Part shown: positions 1 through 9,618 of the stretch, in pieces
Position numbering within the stretch: position 1 is the stretch's first letter
Layout: each line of letters begins with the position of its first letter
Notes under the pieces: model-generated
What the model was told of the DNA's origin: nothing
Seen by the model: only the letters and a program-made list of their open reading frames with translations
Database searches by the model: none
DNA from: Clostridia bacterium
GTDB lineage: Bacteria; Bacillota; Clostridia; Christensenellales; UBA3700
Direction: 5' to 3'
Assembly: GCA_029061605.1 (NCBI GenBank)
Contig: JAIDRT010000012.1
Coordinates: forward strand, 66,239-130,238
DNA: 64,000 nucleotides
Program-made: the position numbers and the translations under genes

Positions 1-1154
1 TGGTTTTGTCCTACGTCGGTTGCAACAATTACATCGTCAAACAGCGTATTTAGTTGTTCAATAATCATTTGCGGATTGAGTTTATCGTTTGCTATCTTTA
101 TCGGATATGCTGATTTTAATTCGTCCAACTCTTTTATCCACGCAGATAATCTCAGCGGTTTTGCGCTTTCCGTCAATATTTTTAATATGGCTTTTGCATC
201 GCCCAATATCGGCACATCCGCTTGAATGTTTTTGGATATAGTCGAAGGATCTATATCAATATGAATTATCTTCGCATATTTAGCAAAATTCTCCTTGCTA
301 CCTGCGATTCTATCATTAAATCTTGTTCCTATGGATAGCAATAAATCACATTTTTCTATAGCGCTATTTGCTCCAAAACTTCCGTGTATACCCACGTTTC
401 CGTAATACAATGGAGCATCACTTGTAATTGCGCCCTTGCCCATAATCGTAGTTACTACTGGTATGCCTGTCATCTCAACAAACTTGCTCAACTCCCTTTC
501 CGCTTTTGCAATCCTTACTCCGCCGCCTGCCAACAATAATGGACGCTTTGCGCTTTGGAGTGATTGAATTGCTTTATTTATTTGTTTGCTTTGTTGTTCT
601 AAATTTGGCAAGGTATCACAAATCTGTATGTCAGACGGATATTCTTCGCTTCCAAGTTGCTGTTGAATATCTTTTGGTATATCAACGAGGACTGCTCCTG
701 GCTTTCCCGATTGCGCAATAATGAACGCCCTTTTAATTATTGCGCCCAAATCTTCTCTTTTACGTACTGTAATTGCATACTTTGTAACGCTCTTTACCAT
801 ATCGACAATGTCCGCTTCCTGAAACGCGTCCTTGCCAATAAGCGAAGTTACGACTTGCCCTGTAAAACATACAAGCGGAACGGCATCATAATTCGCCGTC
901 GCTATCGCCGTAACTAAGTTCGTGGCTCCCGGTCCGCTTGTAACTAAACATACACCTGGCTTGCCACTTGATCTCGCATAGCCGTCGGCTGCGTGCGCTA
1001 GTCCTTGTTCGTGTCTAGGCAATATCATATTTATTGAATTGTCATTGTACAATTCGTCTAATATATCAATAATTTGTCCGCCTGGATAAGCAAATAAGAT
1101 TTCTACGTTTTCTTCTTTTAATGCTTTTACAAATAACTGCGCTCCAGTAATCAT
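1..1154 (-). CDS. ilvB: acetolactate synthase (ThDP-dependent) large subunit, N-terminal ~384 aa; gene continues beyond window start
   Basis: Own translation of minus strand from ATG at 1154: MITGAQLFVKALKEENVEILFAYPGGQIIDILDEL...SGPGATNLVTAIATANYDAVPLVCFTGQV...GAVLVDIPKDIQ. The frame stays open to position 1. It is absent from the ORF track because it runs off the edge. ATGA overlap with the upstream TetR stop. Confidence 0.8.
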   Translation of the reverse strand, partial: MITGAQLFVKALKEENVEILFAYPGGQIIDILDELYNDNSINMILPRHEQGLAHAADGYARSSGKPGVCLVTSGPGATNLVTAIATANYDAVPLVCFTGQVVTSLIGKDAFQEADIVDMVKSVTKYAITVRKREDLGAIIKRAFIIAQSGKPGAVLVDIPKDIQQQLGSEEYPSDIQICDTLPNLEQQSKQINKAIQSLQSAKRPLLLAGGGVRIAKAERELSKFVEMTGIPVVTTIMGKGAITSDAPLYYGNVGIHGSFGANSAIEKCDLLLSIGTRFNDRIAGSKENFAKYAKIIHIDIDPSTISKNIQADVPILGDAKAILKILTESAKPLRLSAWIKELDELKSAYPIKIANDKLNPQMIIEQLNTLFDDVIVATDVGQN

Positions 1155-1726
1155 AATGCAATCCCTCCAATAATTGATTTGACCGTTGAATTGATATATT
1201 TCACTCGCTCTAAATCAAATAAATCATTGCCAAAGGATGCAGAAAGGAAAGTAAATCCGAAAGTAGCGGATAATACCGTTGCCGCCACTGCGTCGCAATC
1301 TATATCTCTTATTTTGCCTTTATTCTTCATTTTGGTTAAATAGTCTGTCAATGCGCGCAGAAATGTTTGAGGTATGTCCATAATCAAAGGCGCAGTTTGC
1401 GGATAAATTTGTGGCGAACGCAACCCAATTGACAAGCGAACGAATTGTGGCGTAACTTCTTTCATATAGTTTTCCATAAACATTTTCAAATCGCTTTCAA
1501 TATCCCATTTTATATCTGCAAACGTTTCCGACGTGATATTAGGACGGTATTGAGGCAATTCCATTCCTGCAATAACTATTTCTTTTTTCTCTTTAAACTT
1601 GCGAAATATCGTACATTCATTTATGCCCGCTCTTTCAGCAATATCCTTTGTCGTTGCGCCGGTATATCCTCTTTCAAGAATAATTTCCATCATTGCGTCG
1701 ATAATCTTTTTGCTTGTCTTATCCAT
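1151..1726 (-). CDS. TetR/AcrR family transcriptional regulator
   Basis: ORF 1151..1759. N-terminal HTH pattern KKIIDAMMEIILERGYTGATTKDIAERAGINECTIFRKFKEKKE. ATG at 1726 is preferred because GGAGAA lies upstream and the first 11 codons of the long ORF overlie a perfect palindrome. Confidence 0.8.
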   Translation of the reverse strand: MDKTSKKIIDAMMEIILERGYTGATTKDIAERAGINECTIFRKFKEKKEIVIAGMELPQYRPNITSETFADIKWDIESDLKMFMENYMKEVTPQFVRLSIGLRSPQIYPQTAPLIMDIPQTFLRALTDYLTKMKNKGKIRDIDCDAVAATVLSATFGFTFLSASFGNDLFDLERVKYINSTVKSIIGGIAL

Positions 1727-1738
1727 AACATTCTCCAA

Positions 1739-1790
1739 AATGCAAGTGTTCACTTGCATTTATTGTAACAAGAATAATATGACTTGTCAA
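1739..1790 (-). promoter_or_regulatory. sigma-A type promoter plus palindromic operator of the TetR-ilvB operon
   Basis: Minus strand reads TTGACA (1785-1790), 17 nt, TACAAT (1762-1767). It is followed by the perfect inverted repeat AATGCAAGTG-aa-CACTTGCATT (1739-1760), just upstream of the RBS and ATG at 1726. Confidence 0.5.
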
Positions 1791-1893
1791 GTGCTAAAAT
1801 AAACAAATGATAAAAAATGAGGCTATGGTTTTGCCAGTAGCTTTGCTCTTCACTATATTTTCGTGCTTTGAAAACTAAATTGAAATTATTTTA

Positions 1894-2283
1894 TCAGCCT
1901 AAAGGTAATAAACATCTAATAACTCTGTTTGCCGCAAACCAAACACGCTCATTATTTTTAAAATTAATTAAGTTTTGACCGTGTACCACATATTCATTAG
2001 CAATATTTATATATTCTCTGCACGCAATAATATCTTCATTATCTTGAGATAAATTAATTAATTCTTCAATTCCTTTACAAAGCAATTCAAAGTCTGCAGA
2101 CAAATATTCTTCTTCTAACATACCTAACACAATAGCCATCCTTAAATTATCATATTTTTCAGGTTTTCTGGAACTCCTTGCTTTACTGAAAAACGCATCC
2201 CACTCTTCATCGTTAGATGGAGCAATTTTACTTAAATGTAGACTGTGTAACACTTCTACCCATTTGCTTTTATCAAATGCCAT
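1894..2283 (-). CDS. hypothetical protein (129 aa)
   Basis: Clean ORF with upstream GGAGGAGGG-like RBS (revcomp of 2290-2300). No family recognised. Confidence 0.5.
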   Translation of the reverse strand: MAFDKSKWVEVLHSLHLSKIAPSNDEEWDAFFSKARSSRKPEKYDNLRMAIVLGMLEEEYLSADFELLCKGIEELINLSQDNEDIIACREYINIANEYVVHGQNLINFKNNERVWFAANRVIRCLLPLG

Positions 2284-2451
2284 TTTATTTACCCTCCTCC
2301 ACGTAAATTACTGTTTATCATACAACCATTATAGCAAAACGATAATCAAATAGCAAGGACTACGATTTTATTCGTAGTAGCCCAATCATCTAATTGTTAC
2401 TCTTATCCTAAGGTTAAAGTCCCGACTTCTGGTTTTCTCCATCCAAAAAAA

Positions 2452-3237
2452 TTAATGTTTTTTAAGTTCGGCTATAGCGCCATAGTGGAGAATATCAAAT
2501 TCTTTAAGCGCAATACGTTCAAGAAGCGCTCTATGTTCCTGCTCCCACTCCATTATTTCTTTCTTAGTAAGCGAAGCGCCGATTCCACGACAGGCCTTCA
2601 TTCTGCCATTCCAACTTTCACGAGTAAACGGTACTCTTAAAGTAAATTCCTCGTGATAAGCGAGTTCAAAGTTTTCTTTGTAACAATCAGGTATGTCTAT
2701 CGGACGTATCGTCTCTCCTGCGCCACTCCAATTTGGATTATATTTTAATACGAGGTTTTCACTCGCACCTGCTATCTTATCTTCAAAAGGCAGCCACGCC
2801 ATATATAAAACGAGAATTCTCCCACCTCGTTTGAGCATACGATAAAGTTTAGGCATAACGGTTTTATGGTCAAAATACCAAAAACATTGACAGGCTGTAA
2901 TTACGTCAAAAGAATTATCTGGGAAACTTAGGTTTTCCGTTGCTACGGTGTAATAATCTATATCCATACCCTTTGAAAGGGCTTTGGCTTGCTTGATTTG
3001 ATTTTCTGAAATATCCGTTGCCGTCCACTTTGCTCCATATTGATACATATTTCTAGGAAGCACCCCTGTACCCGTTCCAATATCAAGGACAGATTGCCCG
3101 CTCACGCATAACTTTTGTTCAATGATTTTTTGATAAAACTCTTTTGGATAGATATCGCGAAACTTAGCATAATCTGATGATGTCCGCCCCCAATCAAACG
3201 GCTTGCCGCCGTCAATATCTTTATTCGTTATCTTCAT
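2452..3237 (-). CDS. class I SAM-dependent methyltransferase
   Basis: 261-aa ORF with motif I VLDIGTGTGVL and a typical Rossmann-fold layout. Confidence 0.8.
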   Translation of the reverse strand: MKITNKDIDGGKPFDWGRTSSDYAKFRDIYPKEFYQKIIEQKLCVSGQSVLDIGTGTGVLPRNMYQYGAKWTATDISENQIKQAKALSKGMDIDYYTVATENLSFPDNSFDVITACQCFWYFDHKTVMPKLYRMLKRGGRILVLYMAWLPFEDKIAGASENLVLKYNPNWSGAGETIRPIDIPDCYKENFELAYHEEFTLRVPFTRESWNGRMKACRGIGASLTKKEIMEWEQEHRALLERIALKEFDILHYGAIAELKKH

Positions 3238-3278
3238 ACCAATTCTCTATATTCTTCATTTAGCCCCAATTTGCGCTA

Positions 3279-4370
3279 TTATCTTCTTTCATTTATAAAT
3301 ACTCGAAACAGCGGCAGGCAAGCACTGAAAAATTGTTTATAAGCCTGACAGTAGTCGCGGTCTTCTTTTGACCTTTTGCAGCCTCCGCCGCGACATACGC
3401 GGAAGTAAGGACAATTGCGACATTGAGTTGAGATATTAAGCGAGCCGCGAGTAAATTCTTCGGCTTTTTGCTTTGACGCCAACTGTTCGAAGTCTTCGCT
3501 GTTGACGTTGCCGAGCAACCATTCGTCGAGGCAATAAAAATCGCAAGGATAGACGTTGCCGTTGCCCTCAACGACAAATTGGCGGGAACAAAATCCGTTC
3601 ATACCGCACTGCTCGGCGTGTCCGCCCAAAAACAACTTGACGTAATTGTCAAACTGTCTGATACTGACGTACTCGCCCTTTACGTAGTCTTTTACGTAAA
3701 GATTAAACAATTTGATCAAAAACGAAGAATATTGATTGACGGTCATATACAAATCACTCTCGCTCTTGTCTCCAAATGGACGCAAACAAGGAATGAATTG
3801 CAAAAATTTAATGCCTTGACTCTTAAAATACTTATATACCGACTCAATATGGTCTGCCGTATAGCCTGTGGCAACAATCAAAATGTTAAAGTCTACGCCG
3901 CGCGCTTTGAGCAAATCCATAGCGGCTTTGACTTTGGGAAAAGTATAATTCAACTCTCCGTCCAATCTAAAGCGATTGGCGTCTTGGTCGCCGTCAAGGC
4001 TCAATCCAAGCAAGAAGTTATTCTTGGCGAAAAAGTCCGCCCACTCTTCATCAATCAACGTGCCATTGGTCTGCAAATTATAATATACTTTGCAATTTTT
4101 CGTGTTGTACTTATTGACTGTCGCTATAAAATCTGCAAAATACTCTTTTCCGGCGAACAACGGCTCTCCGCCTTGAAAGGCGAAATAAATACTGCCGCCG
4201 TCGCTGAAATCAAGGGCTTTTTTTATCAAATTTTCCGACGTACTTTGCGTCATAATTCCATATGACGCAGCCTCTCTTGACTGCGCCAAAGAATGATAGA
4301 AACAATACTTGCATCGCATATTACATATGCTTGACGCCGGCTTGATCATTATAGACAAGTCTTTTTTCAT
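3279..4370 (-). CDS. anaerobic sulfatase-maturating radical SAM/SPASM enzyme (anSME)
   Basis: CNMRCKYCFY (CX3CX2C) near the N-terminus. C-terminal Cys-rich SPASM region (CGMNGFC...CDFYC...CRNCPYFRVCRGGC). It starts 7 nt downstream of a Cys-type sulfatase gene. Confidence 0.85.
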   Translation of the reverse strand: MKKDLSIMIKPASSICNMRCKYCFYHSLAQSREAASYGIMTQSTSENLIKKALDFSDGGSIYFAFQGGEPLFAGKEYFADFIATVNKYNTKNCKVYYNLQTNGTLIDEEWADFFAKNNFLLGLSLDGDQDANRFRLDGELNYTFPKVKAAMDLLKARGVDFNILIVATGYTADHIESVYKYFKSQGIKFLQFIPCLRPFGDKSESDLYMTVNQYSSFLIKLFNLYVKDYVKGEYVSIRQFDNYVKLFLGGHAEQCGMNGFCSRQFVVEGNGNVYPCDFYCLDEWLLGNVNSEDFEQLASKQKAEEFTRGSLNISTQCRNCPYFRVCRGGGCKRSKEDRDYCQAYKQFFSACLPLFRVFINERR

Positions 4371-4377
4371 AAAACCA

Positions 4378-6696
4378 TCAACCGCGTTTCTCTGCGTTCA
4401 GCGTAGTATAATACAACGCATAATCCTTCGTGCCGTTGCTGTAATAAGCGTTGTTTATTCCTCTGCGGTTTTGAGAGAATTTTTTCTCCCACTGCGACAT
4501 AGTATTGTTCAAGTCTTTTGCTATCAGCGGGAACATATCGGCGCGCTGGTAGTTCTCTCCCCAATCGTCGCTCAAACAGATAAGCCAATTCTTTCTGCTC
4601 TTATCTGGGAATGCAGGATTATCGTTTTGCATTTGTTTGAAATATTTCCAGACAGTATAGGATTGCGATTGAATGAAATCATACTCTTCCGCCATCTCTT
4701 GAGTGACGGTATAAGTCTCGGTCTTGCCCAAAGAATTGATTATCTTGACTTCGCTGCCAACAATCATATCCAGCGCCTCGTTCTTAGATATGGAGTAAGA
4801 CACTGACTTGATTTTCTCTCTTTTCATATAGAGTATAGGTCTGCTCTGTCCGTGAATAAACTCTGCAAAGTTGCCTTGTTCGTCAGGCATATAGAGCGAA
4901 TTCATTGACACGCCGTCTATATCTCTGTCAAAAGGCATCATATTGTCATATACTACGTCATTTACCAAGCCTTTGATTCCGCAAAGTTCGACCAATGTCG
5001 GGAAAAGGTCAACGTTGGTGGCTTGAGCGGAAACTGTCGTACCTGAGTTCATATATTGATTGTTGCCGTATCTAATGTAATAAGGTACTTTTTGTCCGCC
5101 CTCGTATGCGGTATACTTACCGCCTCGCAAATCGTCAGTTGAGCCTTGCAAAGCCGGACCGTTGTCGGACGTAAACACGATTACCGTGTCGTCCAATATA
5201 CCCAATTCTTGCATATTATAGAAAAGTTCGCTGAGATAATAATCAAATTCCGTAACGCAATCGGCGTATATACCTGCGCCTGTAGCGCCTTGACCTACTG
5301 ACACTTCATTGCCTGTCTTTTCCCATTTATGGCTGCTGTAATTGTACTTATACTCCGGCTTTTTAGCAGGACTGCCTGCATAGATAGGAGCGTGTGGCCA
5401 CGGCGTAGCATAGTACGCAAAGAACGGAGTGCCCTCTCCATAGTTATCGTTACTCTTCGTAGTTTCGCCTTTGACAACGTCGCCAATCCATTCATTAATA
5501 GACTCGTGACAATATTGCGTCAACATAGTCTGGTCAATCTTGGTTCCGCCGTTGACAATCTCATATCTGCCGTCGCTTTCTTCAACATAATAGAAAGGCG
5601 TCATATCGTTTACGTAGTGAGAGCCGTAGAAGTAATCAAAGCCCTGATTGGTTGGGAGATATTCGCCGTAATCGCCCAAATGCCACTTGCCGAAACCGCC
5701 TGTAGCGTACCCTGCGCTCTGGAATACTTCCGCAAGCGTAATCTCATCTCCCAACATACCGTCTGCGTTGCCGCCCATTTCAAACGAGTTGAAAAGTCTT
5801 GTGAAACATACCGGCATTGAAGTTGTGACCGTAGGATAGATTACGTTGTCGGCATAACCTCTGTATGGGTATCTACCTGTGAGAGTAGCAAATCTAGACG
5901 GCGAGCAAACTGAATAACTTGCATAGAAATTGTCAAAAGCCACGCCCTCTTGTCCGACGTAATCCATAGCCGGCGTACTGTATACCGTATTACCGTTGTA
6001 AGACGTATCGCCGTAACCCATATCGTCCATCAATATGACCAATACGTTGGGCGACTCAGAATTTACGCCGTTCTTTTTATAATAATCGTTAAGGGCTTTC
6101 ATATAATCGTCTTCGCCGCCCGACATATCCACAGCAATTGGCTTAGCGCGCAAATTACAGGTAAATATCAACGCTACCGACGCAAGTATCATCGATACGG
6201 ACAATACGGACGCAATAGGACGCACGCACTTCTTATCGTGCAATTTTTTGCATATCAAAAACAATACTGACGCAAGCGCCACACAAGGCGACACGATCAA
6301 GATATTTCCCACAAGTCTAGTGAAGAAGTTGCCCTCTCCCTGCCAAAGATAATGATCGGTGTTGACAAATCCGTCTTTACCGCTAGACAATGCGCCCCAA
6401 CCACTGTCTGCGCCTGCAACTATGTAAAAAGTCGCAATTGCAAATATCGGCAAAGCGTAAGCCAGCAACAGCCATTTGTTGAGTCTTGCCTTGAATACCA
6501 CGTTGATGCAAATCGTCACAGATACGATAAACAAAAATATCAAATTTATCAGCGTGATTAAATTGAGACCCACAATCCATTGCGTCAACATCAACGCTAC
6601 CGCAATAATTACTAAGGCAATGGAAAACTTGTTCTTAGAACTTTGAAATTCAAACTTGCGACTTTGCTTTTTCTCTTTTTTCAATCTCGTCACCAT
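4378..6696 (-). CDS. membrane-anchored formylglycine (Cys-type) sulfatase
   Basis: 772 aa. About 180 aa of N-terminal hydrophobic helices, then a sulfatase domain with LMDDMGYGD and the FGly motif CSPSRFATLTGR. Confidence 0.85.
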   Translation of the reverse strand: MVTRLKKEKKQSRKFEFQSSKNKFSIALVIIAVALMLTQWIVGLNLITLINLIFLFIVSVTICINVVFKARLNKWLLLAYALPIFAIATFYIVAGADSGWGALSSGKDGFVNTDHYLWQGEGNFFTRLVGNILIVSPCVALASVLFLICKKLHDKKCVRPIASVLSVSMILASVALIFTCNLRAKPIAVDMSGGEDDYMKALNDYYKKNGVNSESPNVLVILMDDMGYGDTSYNGNTVYSTPAMDYVGQEGVAFDNFYASYSVCSPSRFATLTGRYPYRGYADNVIYPTVTTSMPVCFTRLFNSFEMGGNADGMLGDEITLAEVFQSAGYATGGFGKWHLGDYGEYLPTNQGFDYFYGSHYVNDMTPFYYVEESDGRYEIVNGGTKIDQTMLTQYCHESINEWIGDVVKGETTKSNDNYGEGTPFFAYYATPWPHAPIYAGSPAKKPEYKYNYSSHKWEKTGNEVSVGQGATGAGIYADCVTEFDYYLSELFYNMQELGILDDTVIVFTSDNGPALQGSTDDLRGGKYTAYEGGQKVPYYIRYGNNQYMNSGTTVSAQATNVDLFPTLVELCGIKGLVNDVVYDNMMPFDRDIDGVSMNSLYMPDEQGNFAEFIHGQSRPILYMKREKIKSVSYSISKNEALDMIVGSEVKIINSLGKTETYTVTQEMAEEYDFIQSQSYTVWKYFKQMQNDNPAFPDKSRKNWLICLSDDWGENYQRADMFPLIAKDLNNTMSQWEKKFSQNRRGINNAYYSNGTKDYALYYTTLNAEKRG

Positions 6697-6854
6697 AAAA
6701 GCGACTTAAAACCTATTCAATAAATCTGCCGTCGCTACCTTTATTAAAAATTTATTAAATTCATTATAGCATACGCAATAAGTCGGGCGCAAGGGCTTGC
6801 AAAAATTTTTTTAATTCAATGACAAAGTTATTTTTGACAAGTCCTTGAACTATG

Positions 6855-7541
6855 TCAACCGCGCGTTGGCATCTTAAAATCTTTTAGAGCCTTATTGAGA
6901 TAATCGTTAAAAGGTTTCATTGCTTTGAATATTTCCAATGCTTTTTTGACAAATTTAGCAGTGTCGCCAACCTCTTCGTCTGTCATAAAATACTCCAAAT
7001 ACCAAGACTTGAATTTAAGGTATTCTGCTTGCGGATGTTCTTTATCATATCCTGCCGGCACGTTTTTCAAAGCAGTTCCTTTGACTGTAAAGTATTTTTT
7101 AAATTCCAAATCGTTTATTATTTTTTCCCATTCGTCAGAATGCTGGGCTATATAGTTTCTCACCATTGTCGTTGCGTTGGAGAACATATCCGCAAACAAT
7201 CCTCCGCCCAAAAACGTACCGCCGTTAGGCTTTATCATTATATAATATCCGACAGGTATAGGAAGTTTACCCATTGACGATATATGCGCCCTAAATGATG
7301 GGTTATACGGAGATTTATCGTGGCTGAATCTTGTATCGCGCACGAGTTTGAAAGTCAACTCTTTAGCGACGTTATTCAATACGCTTGGATCAAAGTCTCC
7401 AATGCCGTAGATGAGTTCTTCCACCAACTCTTCAAACTGCGCCGTTGCCTCTTGCCTTTCTTTCTTATGGTCGGCAAACCATTCGCGGTTGTTGTTTTCA
7501 CTTAAATTGCATAAAAATTTCAACATCAATTTCGTATCCAT
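6855..7541 (-). CDS. DUF2461 (TIGR02453) family protein
   Basis: 228 aa. The N-terminus L..NN.REWF..HK..Y and overall length are typical of the family. Assigned from memory of the family pattern. Confidence 0.65.
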   Translation of the reverse strand: MDTKLMLKFLCNLSENNNREWFADHKKERQEATAQFEELVEELIYGIGDFDPSVLNNVAKELTFKLVRDTRFSHDKSPYNPSFRAHISSMGKLPIPVGYYIMIKPNGGTFLGGGLFADMFSNATTMVRNYIAQHSDEWEKIINDLEFKKYFTVKGTALKNVPAGYDKEHPQAEYLKFKSWYLEYFMTDEEVGDTAKFVKKALEIFKAMKPFNDYLNKALKDFKMPTRG

Positions 7542-7585
7542 AATTTTTCTCCTTAAAATTTAATTTGTATAATTTATCTCGCCTT

Positions 7586-8134
7586 TTATGCTTTTATAAA
7601 GGCGTCGTAAGCCTTTTCCAACAAATCGGCGATTTCCTCATCAGATATATTTGCGCTGCTGGTAGCCGTCATAGACGCCACTCCGTGAGTAAATACAATA
7701 AGCATTATATAGACTTCTTTTATTTTCTCTTCAGATAGCGACAGTCTGTCTGCAATTTGCTTAGTAGCCGATTTATCCCCCATCCATTCATAAATGTCGT
7801 CAAAACTATTCAGACCGTTCAACTTTTGAAAGAATAACATCTTGAATAAATTAGTCTCGTATTTTGCAAATGCAACGTTGGCTATTGCCATACTCTCTAA
7901 TATGCGATTGTTATCTATGCGAGAATAAATAAACTCGTTATAAAACTTCATTGCCGCGCCGTAAAGCGCATCTTTGAGCGTCTCCATATTGTTAAAATAA
8001 CTGTATATCGGTTGAACTGAACACCCCATACGTTGCGCCACACTTCTGGCGTTTACGCTTTCAAAGCCATCCTCTCTAGTCATTTGCAATGCTGTCTTCA
8101 ATAATTGCGCTTTGTCTACTGTTTGCTTAGGCAT
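7586..8134 (-). CDS. TetR/AcrR family transcriptional regulator
   Basis: 182 aa. HTH LLKTALQMTREDGFESVNARSVAQRMGCSVQPIYSYFNN. Located immediately downstream of a MATE pump gene. Confidence 0.8.
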   Translation of the reverse strand: MPKQTVDKAQLLKTALQMTREDGFESVNARSVAQRMGCSVQPIYSYFNNMETLKDALYGAAMKFYNEFIYSRIDNNRILESMAIANVAFAKYETNLFKMLFFQKLNGLNSFDDIYEWMGDKSATKQIADRLSLSEEKIKEVYIMLIVFTHGVASMTATSSANISDEEIADLLEKAYDAFIKA

Positions 8135-8256
8135 ATTTTCCTCATTATTACATTTGTTATATAACGCTTGTAATTATACATTGCAAACCTAATCAAGTCA
8201 AGCATTTTGATAAAATAAATACTAAATTTGCGATTGGTATAAGAAATTAAATGAAT

Positions 8257-9594
8257 TTATTTTTTTACAAGTCCGTAAATTATGCCTACCGTATCAGCCA
8301 AAGCCCAACCAATCGGGATAGCCATCCATATCCCCACTTCTCCGATAGCGGTGCAATACGTCAAAATATAAGCAAGCGCAACTCTAACGCCAAGAGAAAT
8401 CACAGTAAGCGCAATAGACATTGACGGCTTGTTAATTGCTCGATAATAGCCGTACAACATAAACAGCAGTCCAATGCCTACGTAACAAGCGCCTTCAATA
8501 CGAAGATATTTTACGCCGATAGCAATCACTTGAATCTCTTCTGCGTCGACGAATACCGTCATTAGTTGCCTTGCCAGCAGGCAGACTGTGAGGCTTATTA
8601 TTGCGCAAAAACATATTACCATAAGTCCGGCAGTCTTCACGCCTTTTTTCACTCGCTCTTTCTTCTCTGCGCCGTAATTTTGCGCAACAAAAGAGGAAAA
8701 AGCATTGCCGAAATCTTGCACAGGAGAATACGCAAGCGTGTCTATCTTTACTCCGGCGGCAAACGCCGCCATAACAGCCGTGCCAAAACTGTTGACCAAG
8801 CCTTGCACCATCAAAATGCCCAAGTTCATAATTGATTGCTGAATACAAGTCAAAGCGGAAAGACGCGAGATATTTTTGAATACTCCTTTGTCCCATTTCA
8901 TATCCGCCTTTTTGACACGAAGATTTCCTCCGCCGATAAAATAATACAGCATTATTCCGATTGCAGACAGATACTGCGCAATGACGGTTGCGGCGGCCAC
9001 GCCAATGACTCCCCACTTGAAATACAGAACAAACAGCAAATCAAGCGCAACGTTGGTCACGGCAGACACTGCAAGGAATATCAAAGGTATCGTTGAGTTG
9101 CCAACCGCGCGTAGCAAATTGGCGAAAATATTATAGAGAAAAGTGGCAAAAATACCTGCAAAAATCACAAGCATATATTGGCGGAACATAGCCTGTATTT
9201 CGATAGGTATATTGAGCAATTTAATCAATGCTCCCAGCAATGCGTAAGCAAGCGCATTGAGTGCGACTGTCACAATAAGAATACCTACGAAAGAGATAAA
9301 GAAAGACTGCCTAATTCCCTGATAATCTTTCTGTCCGAATTTCATTGAGAAAAAAACGCTGCTCCCCATACACAGACCTATGATTATTGAAGTAATCAAA
9401 ATCATTATCGTATATGCGGAGCCAACTGCCGCTAAAGCGTCTTTGCCAATATATTTGCCAACAACGATCGTGTCGACGATATTATAAAACTGCTGCAGAA
9501 TATTGCCTATCATCACAGGCAACGAAAACAAAATGAGTTTTTTGAGTATCGAGCCCTCTGTCAAATCCACCGTTTTCTTAACTGCAATTCTCAA
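8257..9594 (-). CDS. MATE family efflux transporter
   Basis: 445 aa with about 12 hydrophobic segments. The N-terminus ILKKLILFSLPVMIGNILQQFYNIVDTIVVGKYIG is typical of MATE. Confidence 0.85.
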   Translation of the reverse strand: MRIAVKKTVDLTEGSILKKLILFSLPVMIGNILQQFYNIVDTIVVGKYIGKDALAAVGSAYTIMILITSIIIGLCMGSSVFFSMKFGQKDYQGIRQSFFISFVGILIVTVALNALAYALLGALIKLLNIPIEIQAMFRQYMLVIFAGIFATFLYNIFANLLRAVGNSTIPLIFLAVSAVTNVALDLLFVLYFKWGVIGVAAATVIAQYLSAIGIMLYYFIGGGNLRVKKADMKWDKGVFKNISRLSALTCIQQSIMNLGILMVQGLVNSFGTAVMAAFAAGVKIDTLAYSPVQDFGNAFSSFVAQNYGAEKKERVKKGVKTAGLMVICFCAIISLTVCLLARQLMTVFVDAEEIQVIAIGVKYLRIEGACYVGIGLLFMLYGYYRAINKPSMSIALTVISLGVRVALAYILTYCTAIGEVGIWMAIPIGWALADTVGIIYGLVKK

Positions 9595-9618
9595 GTCAAA
9601 CCTCCACAGGAATCAATA

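Noticed and set aside
506-917. Plus-strand ORFs 506-721 and 657-917 at the left edge.
   Set aside because: They lie antisense to a continuous minus-strand reading frame that translates into a clear acetolactate synthase N-terminus running off the window.
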